NCBI GenBank assembly: GCA_036263315.1
Contig: DATAHF010000185.1
Coordinates: forward strand, 14,900-78,899
Reading direction: 5' to 3'
Length of the DNA: 64,000 nucleotides
Source: Burkholderiales bacterium
GTDB lineage: Bacteria; Pseudomonadota; Gammaproteobacteria; Burkholderiales; SG8-39
The notes below the pieces were generated by a model, which had not been told where the DNA came from, searched no databases, and saw only the letters and a program-made list of their open reading frames with translations. The position numbers were made by a program, and so were the translations under genes. This document shows, piece by piece, positions 23,338 through 33,993 of the stretch (the first letter of the stretch is position 1; every line of letters begins with the position of its first letter).

Positions 23338-23808
23338 CTAGAGCTGCCGCTTGATGGAGTCGAGCAGATCGGAGTGGGCCTTGGCGTCGACTTCGCGGCG
23401 CAGGATCTTCTCGGCCCCGGCCACGGCCAGCGCGGCGACCTGGTCGCGCAGCTGCTCGCGTGCGCGCGAGACCTCCTGCTCGATCTCGGCGCGGGCGGCG
23501 GCCTTCTCGCGGTTGCCCTCTTCCTTCGCCGCGCTCTTGGCTTCCTCGATCATCTGCGCCACCCGTTTGTCGGCTTGGGAGAGCAGCTCGCTCGCCCGCT
23601 CGCGCGCCTTGCGCAGCTCCTCATCGGCCTGGCGGCTCGATACCTCGAGCGACTTGCGGCCCTGCTCGGCGGCAGCCAGGCCGTCGGCGATGGTCTTCTG
23701 GCGCGCCTCTATGGCGCGCAGCATCGGCGGCCACACGAATCGCACCGTGAACCAGATGAACGCGGAGAAAGCGATGGCCTCCGCGATTAGCGTGAAGTTC
23801 AGGTTCAT
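23338..23808 (-). CDS. atpF: Fo ATP synthase subunit b
   Basis: The sequence [44 protein letters not shown] is a single TM segment followed by a long charged helix. I chose the internal start. Confidence 0.92.
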   Translation of the reverse strand: MNLNFTLIAEAIAFSAFIWFTVRFVWPPMLRAIEARQKTIADGLAAAEQGRKSLEVSSRQADEELRKARERASELLSQADKRVAQMIEEAKSAAKEEGNREKAAARAEIEQEVSRAREQLRDQVAALAVAGAEKILRREVDAKAHSDLLDSIKRQL

Positions 23809-23830
23809 GCTGCCCCCTGGGGCTCCTGCA

Positions 23831-24951
<1,121 letters not shown>

Positions 24952-24963
24952 GGCTAGGGCAGG

Positions 24964-25341
24964 TCAGTATTCGCGAACAAAGAACGCCATTGTGAAAATC
25001 AGCATCGTCACGACGAACGATCCGACGAACACGCCGACGATCGCCTGGTCGTAGTTCTTCAACACCAGCCACAGCAGGAGCACGGAGACGCCGATCTTGA
25101 TGGCCTCGGCCCTCAACGCGCCAACCAGAACCCCCCCTGCGGATCCCCCGTGGCTCCTCGAAGCCACCCATCCCGCAACCGCGCCGGCAAACAGGCTTAT
25201 TGCGCCGCCTGCGGCCGCCGAGATTGCGCCATGCATGCCCAGCGCCAGCGCAGCCATGAGCGTCATCGCAAGCGTTGCCGCTGCCTGCCAGCGCATTACG
25301 GTGCGGATGGGCTTGCTCAGGCGGCGAAGCATGCTACGCAT
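24964..25341 (-). CDS. atpI: ATP synthase protein I
   Basis: This is a 125-aa small hydrophobic protein encoded first in the atp operon. Confidence 0.75.
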   Translation of the reverse strand: MRSMLRRLSKPIRTVMRWQAAATLAMTLMAALALGMHGAISAAAGGAISLFAGAVAGWVASRSHGGSAGGVLVGALRAEAIKIGVSVLLLWLVLKNYDQAIVGVFVGSFVVTMLIFTMAFFVREY

Positions 25342-25386
25342 TTCTCCGCGCCCGGCGAAGCCCGCAAAGTATAGCGCAAAGTGCGC

Positions 25387-26232
25387 TCAGCGGAGCTTCT
25401 TCAGCAGCTGCTCGAGGTGCTCCAGGCTCGAGTAATGCAGCACCAGCTTGCCGGTGCCCTTGCGCGCCGCGCGGATCTCCACGGTCGTGCCGAGCCGTTC
25501 GGAAACTTCTTCCTCGAGGCGGGCGAGGTCGCGGTCGATTTTGCGCCGGGCGCGGGCCGCCGGGCCGCGCAACATCTGCTGCACGAGCGTTTCGGTGTCG
25601 CGCACGGAAAGGCGCCGTGCGGCCACGCGATTCGCAGCTTCGATCTGGCGTGCGCCGTCGAGGGCAAGCAGCGCGCGCGCGTGGCCCATCTCCAGCGCGC
25701 CTTCCATGAGCATCTCCTGCACCGGCTTCGCCAGCTTGAGGAGCCGCAACAGGTTCGTCGTGGCGCTGCGCGAGCGGCCTACCGCGTCTGCGGCCTGCTC
25801 GTGCGTCATCCTGAACTCTTCCACCAGGCGATTGACCCCGGCGGCTTCCTCCATGGGATTGAGGTTCTCGCGCTGAATGTTCTCGATAAGAGACATGGCC
25901 AGCGCGGCGTCGTCGGGCACCTCGCGGATGAGCGCCGGGACGTCCTCCAGCCCCGCCATCTGCGCGGCGCGCCAGCGCCGCTCGCCGGCGATGAGCTCGT
26001 ACCGGTCGCGCTCGACCGGTCGCACGAGCACGGGCTGCATCAAGCCTTGCGAGCGGATCGAGGCGGCCAGCTCGGCGAGCGCCTGCTGATCCATCTTCGT
26101 GCGCGGCTGATAGCGTCCCGGGCGGATGCGACCGACCGGCAGCGTCGTCAGCGTTTCGCGCGGTGCCTCGTCGCCGCCGCCCGCGCCAAGCAAGGCGTCG
26201 AGCCCGCGGCCGAGCCCCTTTGGCCGGCTCAT
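25387..26232 (-). CDS. parB: Chromosome partitioning protein ParB
   Basis: The sequence reads MSRPKGLGRGLDALLG...RYQPRTKMDQQALAELAASIRSQGLMQPVLVRP...YELIAGERRWRAAQMAG. Its ATG overlaps the parA stop (ATGA). Confidence 0.95.
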   Translation of the reverse strand: MSRPKGLGRGLDALLGAGGGDEAPRETLTTLPVGRIRPGRYQPRTKMDQQALAELAASIRSQGLMQPVLVRPVERDRYELIAGERRWRAAQMAGLEDVPALIREVPDDAALAMSLIENIQRENLNPMEEAAGVNRLVEEFRMTHEQAADAVGRSRSATTNLLRLLKLAKPVQEMLMEGALEMGHARALLALDGARQIEAANRVAARRLSVRDTETLVQQMLRGPAARARRKIDRDLARLEEEVSERLGTTVEIRAARKGTGKLVLHYSSLEHLEQLLKKLR

Positions 26233-27005
26233 GCGCCTTGTCCCTGGGCGAGGATTTCCTGTGCCAGCCCGACGTAGGCCTGCGCGCCCTTCGAGCTCGC
26301 GTCCCAGAGCACGCCGGGTATGCCGTGGCTGGGCGCTTCGGCAAGGCGCACATTGCGCGGCACGAGAGTGCGGAAAACTTTGTCGCCGAAATGCTCTTCC
26401 AGCTGCGCCGATACCTGTTGCGAGAGCATGTTGCGCGGGTCGTACATGGTGCGCAGGAGGCCCGCGATCTCGAGCCGTGCGTTCAGGTTCGCGCGCACGC
26501 GCTTGATTGTCGCCACGAGGTCGGAGAGACCTTCCAAAGCGTAGTACTCGCACTGCATCGGAATGAGGACGCACTGTGCTGCGGTCAAAGCATTCACCGT
26601 AAGGAGGCTGAGAGACGGCGGGCAGTCAATGAGGATGAAGTCATATTCGCTCGCGACACGGTCCAGGGCGGCGCGCAAGCGCGTCTCCCGCGCGGGCAAT
26701 TCGACCAGCTCCACCTCGGCGCCGGCGAGCTCGCGGTTTGCCGGCAACAAGTCGTAGCCGGCACCCTCTGCGCGCACGCGGACGGACGCGAGCTCGCCGA
26801 GGCCGAGCAAGACATGGTAGACGGTCCTCGCGAGCGGCCGCTTGTCCACGCCGCTGCCCATCGTGGCATTGCCCTGCGGGTCGAGGTCGACGAGCAGGAC
26901 CCGGCGGCCGGATTGCGCCAGCGCCGCGGCCAGATTCACGCTGGTCGTGGTCTTTCCTACGCCGCCCTTCTGGTTCACGACGGCGACGACGCGCGCTGCG
27001 CTCAT
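26229..27005 (-). CDS. parA: Chromosome partitioning ATPase ParA (Soj)
   Basis: The sequence reads VVAVVNQKGGVGKTTTSVNLAAALA...LLVDLDPQGNAT, the deviant Walker A motif. Its ATG overlaps the rsmG stop. Confidence 0.95.
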   Translation of the reverse strand: MSAARVVAVVNQKGGVGKTTTSVNLAAALAQSGRRVLLVDLDPQGNATMGSGVDKRPLARTVYHVLLGLGELASVRVRAEGAGYDLLPANRELAGAEVELVELPARETRLRAALDRVASEYDFILIDCPPSLSLLTVNALTAAQCVLIPMQCEYYALEGLSDLVATIKRVRANLNARLEIAGLLRTMYDPRNMLSQQVSAQLEEHFGDKVFRTLVPRNVRLAEAPSHGIPGVLWDASSKGAQAYVGLAQEILAQGQGA

Positions 27006-27637
27006 GGCGTGACCCGGCATAGCACGAGATGCCGCTGCGCGCGAAGGTACGGAACCGTGATCGGTATCGCGCGGCCGCACTCGCAGGCGGCGGGCAGGTG
27101 CGAAAGCTCGTCCGCCGGGTAAGCGCCTTTCATCGCGGCGAGCGAGCCGGCGGGCGCAAGCAGATGGCGGCAGCAATCAAAAAAGCGCGCGATTTCCGCG
27201 AAGGCACGCGAAATCACGACGGCGAACTTCGCATCAGGACGCCACGTCTCCACGCGCGCGCAGTGCACCGAAACGTTATCGAGCTTCAGTTCTATGGCCG
27301 CCTGCCGCAGGAACGCGGCCTTCTTCTCGCTCGCCTCGTTCAACGTCACATGCCATTCCGGGCGCGCTATGGCGAGCGGGACGCCGGGCAGTCCAGCGCC
27401 GGAACCCGCGTCGGCGAGACGGCCGGACGCGCCCATGGGCAAATGCGGCACGACCGCGAGGCAGTCGAGCAAATGGTGCGTCACCATCTTGGCCGGCTCT
27501 CGAATCGCCGTGAGGTTGTAGGTCCGGTTCCACTTCGCGATCAGCTCGATGTAGCTCAGCAGCTTCTCGCACGCGCGGCTCGGCATTCCGAGCGCCAGTT
27601 GCTCGAGTCCACGCTCGAGCAGCGCGCCGGGCGTCAT
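27002..27637 (-). CDS. rsmG: 16S rRNA (guanine527-N7)-methyltransferase
   Basis: The sequence reads [28 protein letters not shown]...[16 protein letters not shown] chose the start at MTPGALL, which gives an ATGA overlap with mnmG. Confidence 0.92.
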   Translation of the reverse strand: MTPGALLERGLEQLALGMPSRACEKLLSYIELIAKWNRTYNLTAIREPAKMVTHHLLDCLAVVPHLPMGASGRLADAGSGAGLPGVPLAIARPEWHVTLNEASEKKAAFLRQAAIELKLDNVSVHCARVETWRPDAKFAVVISRAFAEIARFFDCCRHLLAPAGSLAAMKGAYPADELSHLPAACECGRAIPITVPYLRAQRHLVLCRVTP

Positions 27638-29487
27638 GCGATTTTCTTTTTTTGCGCTTTGAACCCGCGCTTCAGCCATACGAGCAGAAGCGATACGGCT
27701 GCTGGCGTGATTCCCGCGAGGCGAGAGGCCTGGCCCAGCGTTTGCGGCCGGTGACGATTCAGAAGTTGCTGGACCTCGTGGGATAGCCCGGGTATTTCGC
27801 GGAAATCCAGCTCCGGGGGCAAAGGCATTTCTTCCGAGGAACGGCGACGCTCTATCTCTTGGTTCTGGCGCGCGATGTAGCCCTCGTACTTGGCCTGGAT
27901 TTCTACCTGCTCCGCGACCTGGACATTATCGACACCGGGGGCTGCCTCGGGCAATGCCACCACGCTGGCATAGGTGCTCTCCGGTCTGCGCAAAAGATCT
28001 ATAGCACGCACTTTTTCCAGGAAGCTAGTGCTTACATACGTAGTGCGCAGACGCTCCTGCTCGCGGGCAATGAGGTCGCGTTTGCGGCTGAACGCATCCC
28101 AGCGGGTGTCGCTTACCACCCCGAGCTTGCGGCCGGTCTCCGTAAGCCGGAGGTCCGCGTTGTCTTCTCGCAGCATCAGGCGGTATTCCGCGCGGCTCGT
28201 GAACATGCGATACGGCTCCGTAACGCCTCGCGTCACCAGGTCGTCCACGAGTACCCCCATGTAGGCCTGGTCGCGCGCAGGCCACCAACACTCGAGGCCC
28301 AACGCACGCCGGCCAGCGTTGATGCCTGCAAGTAGCCCTTGGGCGCCCGCTTCTTCGTAGCCGGTGGTGCCGTTGATCTGGCCGGCAAAGAACAAGCCTT
28401 GGAACGACTTCGTCTCCAGGCTTGCCCGTAGGTGGCGCGGATCGAAGTAGTCGTATTCGATCGCATAGCCGGGGCGCAAGAGGTGGGCGTTTTCCAGGCC
28501 GCGAATGGAGTGCACCAGCTCGAGTTGTACGTCGAAAGGCAGGCTCGTGGAGATCCCGTTGGGATAAATCTCGCTCGTAGAGAGCCCTTCCGGTTCGAGG
28601 AAGATCTGGTGGCTCGACTTGTTCGCGAAGCGGTGGATTTTGTCTTCGATGGAGGGACAGTAGCGCGGCCCCACCCCCTGGATGACGCCGGTGAACATAG
28701 GGGAGCGGTCCAGGGCGCCACGGATGATGGCGTGCGTTTGCTCATTGGTGTGGCCAATCCAGCAGGGCAACTGGCGCGGGTGCTGGCTGCGCTCGCCAAG
28801 GAAGGAGAACACCGGTTCCGGTGAATCGCCCGGCTGCTCCGCGAAGGAGGAGAAGTCGATCGTCCGGCCGTCGAGCCTCGGCGGGGTTCCAGTCTTCAGC
28901 CGGCCCACCGGCAGGTTAAGTTCGCGCAGCCGCTCGGCGAGCGTGATCGCCGCGGGGTCGCCGGCCCTGCCGGCACGGTAGTTGGACAAGCCAACGTGCA
29001 CCAACCCCCCAAGGAACGTCCCGGTGGTCAGGACAATGGACCTCGCCCGGAATCGGATGCCCAGCTGCGTCACTACGCCTACCGCAGCTTCGCCTTCGAT
29101 CCAGATGTCATCTACGGCCTGCTGGAAGACGCTGAGCCCGCGCTGGGCCTCGAGGCGACGCCGGATCGCCTGCCTGTAGAGCACCCGGTCCGCTTGGGCC
29201 CGCGTGGCCCGCACAGCGGGCCCTTTGGAGGAATTGAGCGTCCGGAACTGAATCCCCGCCTCATCGGTGGCAAGGGCCATGGCGCCGTCTAGCGCGTCGA
29301 TCTCCCTCACCAAGTGCCCTTTGCCGATGCCTCCAATCGAGGGATTGCAGGACATCTGCCCCAAGGTTTCGATGCTGTGGGTAAGAAGCAGCGTTCGGCA
29401 GCCGAGTCGGGCAGCCGCGAGCGCGGCCTCGGTGCCGGCATGCCCGCCGCCGACCACGATGACATCAAACTCGGACGGGAAAACCAT
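27634..29487 (-). CDS. mnmG: tRNA uridine 5-carboxymethylaminomethyl modification enzyme MnmG (GidA)
   Basis: The 617-aa sequence reads [53 protein letters not shown]. Confidence 0.97.
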   Translation of the reverse strand: MVFPSEFDVIVVGGGHAGTEAALAAARLGCRTLLLTHSIETLGQMSCNPSIGGIGKGHLVREIDALDGAMALATDEAGIQFRTLNSSKGPAVRATRAQADRVLYRQAIRRRLEAQRGLSVFQQAVDDIWIEGEAAVGVVTQLGIRFRARSIVLTTGTFLGGLVHVGLSNYRAGRAGDPAAITLAERLRELNLPVGRLKTGTPPRLDGRTIDFSSFAEQPGDSPEPVFSFLGERSQHPRQLPCWIGHTNEQTHAIIRGALDRSPMFTGVIQGVGPRYCPSIEDKIHRFANKSSHQIFLEPEGLSTSEIYPNGISTSLPFDVQLELVHSIRGLENAHLLRPGYAIEYDYFDPRHLRASLETKSFQGLFFAGQINGTTGYEEAGAQGLLAGINAGRRALGLECWWPARDQAYMGVLVDDLVTRGVTEPYRMFTSRAEYRLMLREDNADLRLTETGRKLGVVSDTRWDAFSRKRDLIAREQERLRTTYVSTSFLEKVRAIDLLRRPESTYASVVALPEAAPGVDNVQVAEQVEIQAKYEGYIARQNQEIERRRSSEEMPLPPELDFREIPGLSHEVQQLLNRHRPQTLGQASRLAGITPAAVSLLLVWLKRGFKAQKKKIA

Positions 29488-29548
29488 GAGGGGAGCGAAT
29501 CATACGCGAACGGCCACCGCCGAACTAGGCAGCGCGCCCGCAGGCGAA

Positions 29549-29564
29549 TGTTTCACGTGGAACA
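29549..29564. promoter_or_regulatory. parS centromere-like site (ParB binding)
   Basis: The site reads TGTTTCACGTGGAACA. Its reverse complement TGTTCCACGTGAAACA matches the canonical parS consensus TGTTNCACGTGAAACA at 16/16 positions. It lies 2.3 kb from parAB in the mnmG upstream spacer. Confidence 0.85.
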
Positions 29565-29568
29565 CCTA

Positions 29569-29590
29569 GCCGCAGCAGAAATGCTGCGGC
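29569..29590 (-). terminator. Stem-loop immediately downstream of pckG (putative terminator)
   Basis: GCCGCAGCA-GAAA-TGCTGCGGC is a perfect 9-bp stem with a GAAA tetraloop, 20 nt after the pckG stop. The downstream U-tract is poor. Confidence 0.5.
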
Positions 29591-29609
29591 GCACAATCGC
29601 GTATTGCTG

Positions 29610-31457
29610 CTATGCGGAAAGTCTCTGGTGCATCTCGCCGCGCCTCGCCTCGAGAGGCGAGGGCAAGTGACGACCCAGCTTGCCAAAGAGTTCGTCGTGG
29701 GAAGCCAGCTCATCGCGCCACGCAGTGCGATCTACGTCGGCGATCTGCTCGTAGCGCTGCTTCGACACCTTCTCCAGACCAGCCCAATTCAAGTCTTCGA
29801 AGCGAGGCATTACGCCAAGCGGCGTAGGCACGCCCTGCGCTCGGCCCTCGCACCGATCCACGATCCACTGCAGCACGCGCATGTTCTCGCCGTATCCAGG
29901 CCAGATGAACTTGCCATTCGCATCGCGGCGGAACCAGTTGACCCGGAATATTTTGGGCACCTGGGTCACCGCGCGCCCCATCTTGAGCCAGTGCGCGAAA
30001 TAGTCGCCCATGTTGTAACCGCAGAACGCAAGCATGGCCATCGGGTCGCGCCGCACTACCCCGACCTTGCCGGTGATGGCCGCGGTGGTTTCCGAACCGA
30101 GCGTGGCCGCCATATACACGCCTTCCTCCCAGCTCGGCGCCTCGGTGACCAGAGGCACGGTGCTCGAGCGCCGGCCGCCAAAGATGAAGGCCGAAATAGG
30201 AACGCCTGCAGGGTCCTCCCAGCTCGGATCCATGGAGGGACATTGCGAGGCGGGCACGGTGAACCGCGCGTTCGGATGCGCCGCCAGACGGCCCTTTTTG
30301 CCGTCCGCCGGCGTCCATTCCTTGCCCTGCCAGTCTATGAGCCGGGCCGGGGGCTCGTCGGTCATCCCCTCCCACCACACATCGCCTTCCGGCGTCATCG
30401 CCACGTTCGTGAAGATGACGTTCGAGTGAAGCATCTTCATCGCGTTCGGGTTGGTGAGGTCAGAGGTTCCGGGCGCCACTCCGAACAATCCCGCTTCCGG
30501 GTTTATCGCGTGGAAGCGCCCGTCCTTGCCTGGCTTGATCCAGGCGATGTCTTCCCCGATGGTGGTGACTTTCCACCCCTTGTAGGCCGCCGGGGGAATC
30601 AGCATCGCGAGATTGGTCTTGCCACATGCCGACGGGAACGCGGCCGCGACGTAGGTTTTCTTCCCGGCGGGCGACTCCACTCCGAGGATCAGCATGTGCT
30701 CGGCGAGCCAGCCTTCATCGCGCGCCATCACTGAGGCGATACGCAGCGCGAGGCACTTCTTTCCGAGCAGGGCGTTGCCGCCATAGCCCGATCCGTAGGA
30801 CCAGATCTCGCGCGTTTCCGGAAAATGGACGATCCATTTTTCCTTCTCGTTGGAAGGCCAGGGGACGTCCTTCTGCCCGGCTGCGAGCGGCGCGCCCACG
30901 GAGTGCACGCAAGGTACGAACGCGCCGTCTTCGCCGAGCCATTCAGCTACCGCGCGGCCCATTCGGGTCATGACCCGCATGCTGACCGCCACATAGGCGG
31001 AATCCGAAATTTCGACGCCGACTTGGGCGATGTGCGATCCGATCGGGCCCATGGAGAAAGGCAGCACGTACATGGTGCGACCGCGCATGCATCCATCGAA
31101 CAGGCGGTTCAACGTCGCGCGCATCTCGCGCGGGTCGATCCAGTTGTTGGTCGGCCCCGCGTCCTCCTTGTCCTTGCTGCAGATGAAAGTGCGCTCCTCC
31201 ATGCGGGCCACGTCGCTCGGATGGGAGCGCGCGAGGAATGAGCGCGGGCGCAAAGTCTCGTTCAGGCGCACGAAGGTTCCCGCATCGACCAGCTCGTTGC
31301 ACAGGCGCTCGTACTCGGCCTGCGAGCCGTCGCACCAGACGATGCGCTCGGGCTTTGCCAATTGGGCGATCTGCGCCACCCACTGGCGCAGGCCCCGGTG
31401 GCGCACCCAGCTTGGCGCGTTGGATTGATCAGCCGGGGCGGTTGCAGATGCGGTCAT
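29610..31457 (-). CDS. pckG: Phosphoenolpyruvate carboxykinase (GTP)
   Basis: The 615-aa protein from [11 protein letters not shown] contains [15 protein letters not shown] and FGGRR, motifs of GTP-type PEPCK. Confidence 0.95.
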   Translation of the reverse strand: MTASATAPADQSNAPSWVRHRGLRQWVAQIAQLAKPERIVWCDGSQAEYERLCNELVDAGTFVRLNETLRPRSFLARSHPSDVARMEERTFICSKDKEDAGPTNNWIDPREMRATLNRLFDGCMRGRTMYVLPFSMGPIGSHIAQVGVEISDSAYVAVSMRVMTRMGRAVAEWLGEDGAFVPCVHSVGAPLAAGQKDVPWPSNEKEKWIVHFPETREIWSYGSGYGGNALLGKKCLALRIASVMARDEGWLAEHMLILGVESPAGKKTYVAAAFPSACGKTNLAMLIPPAAYKGWKVTTIGEDIAWIKPGKDGRFHAINPEAGLFGVAPGTSDLTNPNAMKMLHSNVIFTNVAMTPEGDVWWEGMTDEPPARLIDWQGKEWTPADGKKGRLAAHPNARFTVPASQCPSMDPSWEDPAGVPISAFIFGGRRSSTVPLVTEAPSWEEGVYMAATLGSETTAAITGKVGVVRRDPMAMLAFCGYNMGDYFAHWLKMGRAVTQVPKIFRVNWFRRDANGKFIWPGYGENMRVLQWIVDRCEGRAQGVPTPLGVMPRFEDLNWAGLEKVSKQRYEQIADVDRTAWRDELASHDELFGKLGRHLPSPLEARRGEMHQRLSA

Positions 31458-31482
31458 GGAACCTAGCTCCAGAAAGGCAAAC

Positions 31483-31501
31483 GGCCCAGCGGGGCTGGGC
31501 C
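31483..31501 (-). other. GC hairpin in the spacer between the AbrB-family gene and pckG
   Basis: GGCCCAGC-GGG-GCTGGCC type stem. On the minus strand it is followed by GTTTGCCTTTCT and then GGAG plus the pckG ATG. It could be an upstream-gene terminator or a pckG leader structure. Confidence 0.4.
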
Positions 31502-31594
31502 GGTCGAATAGGGAAACAATCGTCGCCGATTGTAGCACCGGCCCAGCGCGCGAAGCCGCCGGGCGCCCCCCGCCATCCGGATAAATCCACGATA

Positions 31595-32662
31595 TTACAA
31601 TGTGTTACGTCTGCGAAAGCGATTCATACAAAGGCGCGCGAAACGGTAGCTCGGTCCCGTCGTGGTGATCAGTACGATCACCCGCGTCACGTGCGCAGCG
31701 GTAACCAGCGGCACGCCGAGCTGCAACACCTTGGCGGTGATGCACATCTCTGCGATTCCACCCGGCGCCGTAGCGAGCACCAGGCTGGCAACCGGAACGC
31801 GGCTCGCCCATCCGAGCAACGCAGCGAAGGCCATTGAGCAGCCGATGGCGGCTAATACGCTCGCCAGCGTGGCGCCGACGTACCGCGGCGCCGATGCGAG
31901 GGATCGGCGTTCAAAGCGCTCACCGAGAGCGCAGCCAATCAGAACCTGCGCCGCGTTAGAGATCGGGCCGGGGATGGAAGAGAACTGCACCTCGTTAGCC
32001 GTCAACACGACGACGAGGGCGAGGGGCCCGAACATGAAGGCATTCGGCATGCCTGTGCGGGCGAGGATGACGCCCGCGATGGTGGCAAGACCCAGGAGCG
32101 TGGCCAAGCCTGGGTAGGCCACTGGCGTTGCCGCAGGCGCATAAGCATCGGTGCCGTGCACGCCGGAATAGGTCAGCGCAAAAGGAATGACCATCACGAC
32201 GATCAGGATGCGGAGCGACTGGGCGAGCGCGACGCGATCCGGGCGCGCGCCGTAGCGCTCGCCGAGGATGGTCATCTCCGCGGCACCTCCCGGCACACTT
32301 GCAAAGAAGGCCGTTCGCGCATCGGTCTGACCCAAGCGACTTAGCACCCAGCCCGAGAACACGCCCAGCAGAATGGCGAATACTCCAGCGAAGATCAGGA
32401 GCGGCCAGAAAGACGCCACTTGGCGCGCCACTACTGGCGTGAAATAAAGCCCCAGGGCGGTGCCGATGACGATCTGGCCAACCGATCGGCCTCCCGGCAC
32501 GGCGCGAAGCCGGGCGCCGGCAAAATTGCCGGCCGCCATGGCAAGCAACGGCCCGAGCATCCACGGCAGCGGCACGTGAAGCACGCGGAAGAGCGCGCCG
32601 GCCGTAGCGCAAAACGCGAGCGCCAGCAGCGGGTTAACCCAGCTGTCGCGCGCGGGTCTCAC
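31595..32662 (-). CDS. AbrB-family (duplicated AbrB/AmoA-like) membrane protein
   Basis: The 355-aa polytopic protein contains [16 protein letters not shown] and a second similar half ([13 protein letters not shown]). Its GTG start overlaps the mnmE stop. Confidence 0.75.
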   Translation of the reverse strand: MRPARDSWVNPLLALAFCATAGALFRVLHVPLPWMLGPLLAMAAGNFAGARLRAVPGGRSVGQIVIGTALGLYFTPVVARQVASFWPLLIFAGVFAILLGVFSGWVLSRLGQTDARTAFFASVPGGAAEMTILGERYGARPDRVALAQSLRILIVVMVIPFALTYSGVHGTDAYAPAATPVAYPGLATLLGLATIAGVILARTGMPNAFMFGPLALVVVLTANEVQFSSIPGPISNAAQVLIGCALGERFERRSLASAPRYVGATLASVLAAIGCSMAFAALLGWASRVPVASLVLATAPGGIAEMCITAKVLQLGVPLVTAAHVTRVIVLITTTGPSYRFARLCMNRFRRRNTL

Positions 32663-33993
32663 TTGCCGATGCAGAAGCGCCCGAAAATCTCGCCGAGCAG
32701 GTCGTCCGCGGTGACTTCTCCGGTAATGAGGCCGAGCGCCTTCTGCGCCAGGCGCAATTCCTCGGCGAACATCTCCCAGCGGGCGAGTTCGCGTCCCGCG
32801 GCCTGCAGATGCTGCTGGGCGCTTTCCAATGCGCGCACGTGCCGCTCGCGAGCGAGATACACGGTCTCGCCCGCACTCGAGGACCAGCCGGCCGCTTCGA
32901 GAATGCGCGCGCGCAGCGCATCGAGGCCCTCGCCGCTCGTGGCGGAAACCGCAAGGGCGCTCGAGTCCAGTCGGCCTCGTTGCCGATCATCGAGCAGATC
33001 GATCTTGTTGTAGACGGTGATGCGCGCTACGCCAGACGGCAGGCGCTGCAAGCGCGAAGCGGGCTTGGAAGCGTCGAGCACTTCGAGCACGACGTCGGCT
33101 TTCGCCAGCTCCAGCTCGGTGCGCTCCATGCCGAGCCGCTCGACGATGTCCTCGCTCGGGCGCAAGCCCGCCGTGTCGACGAGGACAAGCGGCACGCCGC
33201 CGATCTGGATCGACTCGCGCAACGCGTCACGAGTGGTCCCGGCGACGGGCGTGACGATGGCGCGCTCCTCGCCCGCCAGCCGGTTGAGGAGGCTCGACTT
33301 TCCCACGTTCGGGCGCCCCGCGATCACGACGTGGACCCCGCCGCGCAAGAGGCTGCCGCTACGGCTCTTGGCGAGCGTGCCACGAATCGCCTGCGTCACC
33401 TCGTCGAGCATGCGCAAGGCCGTCTCCCGGTGCAATGCCTCAACGTCCTCCTCCGGGAAATCGAGCATCGCCTCGACCAGCGCGCGCAGCGCCACGAGCC
33501 GGGCGACGGACGCGTTCACCTCGCTCGAGAACTCCCCTGACAGCGAGCGCAGCGCAGAACGGGCCGCCTCCCGGCTCGACGCGTCTATGAGATCGGCCAC
33601 CGCCTCGGCCTGCGCGAGATCCAGCTTGCCGTTCAGGAATGCGCGCTTGGTGAACTCGCCGGGCTCGGCGAGCCGTGCCCCGGCATCGATGCATGCGGCG
33701 AGCAGCGACTGCATCACAATTGCGCCGCCGTGGCCCTGGAGCTCGAGCATGGGCTCCCCGGTGAAGGAGCGCGGCGCTTCGAAATACAGCGCGATTCCTT
33801 CGTCCAGCGGCTCGCCTCGCGCATCGCGAAAAGCGCAGAACGTTGCAGTGCGTTCGGCGGGCAGCCGGCCGATCAACTCCCGGGCGATCGTCGCAACCTG
33901 CGGCCCGGACAGGCGCACGATGCCGATGCCGCCACGCCCGCTCGGCGTCGCGACCGCTACGATCGTGTCGCCGTCCACCTCACCGCTTGGCAT
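32659..33993 (-). CDS. mnmE: tRNA modification GTPase MnmE (TrmE)
   Basis: The 444-aa sequence reads TIVAVATPSGRGGIGIVRLSG...GRPNVGKSSLLN...DTAG and ends in the C-terminal CIGK motif. Confidence 0.96.
   Translation of the reverse strand: MPSGEVDGDTIVAVATPSGRGGIGIVRLSGPQVATIARELIGRLPAERTATFCAFRDARGEPLDEGIALYFEAPRSFTGEPMLELQGHGGAIVMQSLLAACIDAGARLAEPGEFTKRAFLNGKLDLAQAEAVADLIDASSREAARSALRSLSGEFSSEVNASVARLVALRALVEAMLDFPEEDVEALHRETALRMLDEVTQAIRGTLAKSRSGSLLRGGVHVVIAGRPNVGKSSLLNRLAGEERAIVTPVAGTTRDALRESIQIGGVPLVLVDTAGLRPSEDIVERLGMERTELELAKADVVLEVLDASKPASRLQRLPSGVARITVYNKIDLLDDRQRGRLDSSALAVSATSGEGLDALRARILEAAGWSSSAGETVYLARERHVRALESAQQHLQAAGRELARWEMFAEELRLAQKALGLITGEVTADDLLGEIFGRFCIGK

Noticed and set aside
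29488-29609. An E. coli-style oriC next to gidA (mnmG).
   Set aside because: The spacer is only 122 bp and is largely occupied by the parS site and the pckG terminator hairpin. It has no 8/9 or better DnaA box and no AT-rich unwinding element.
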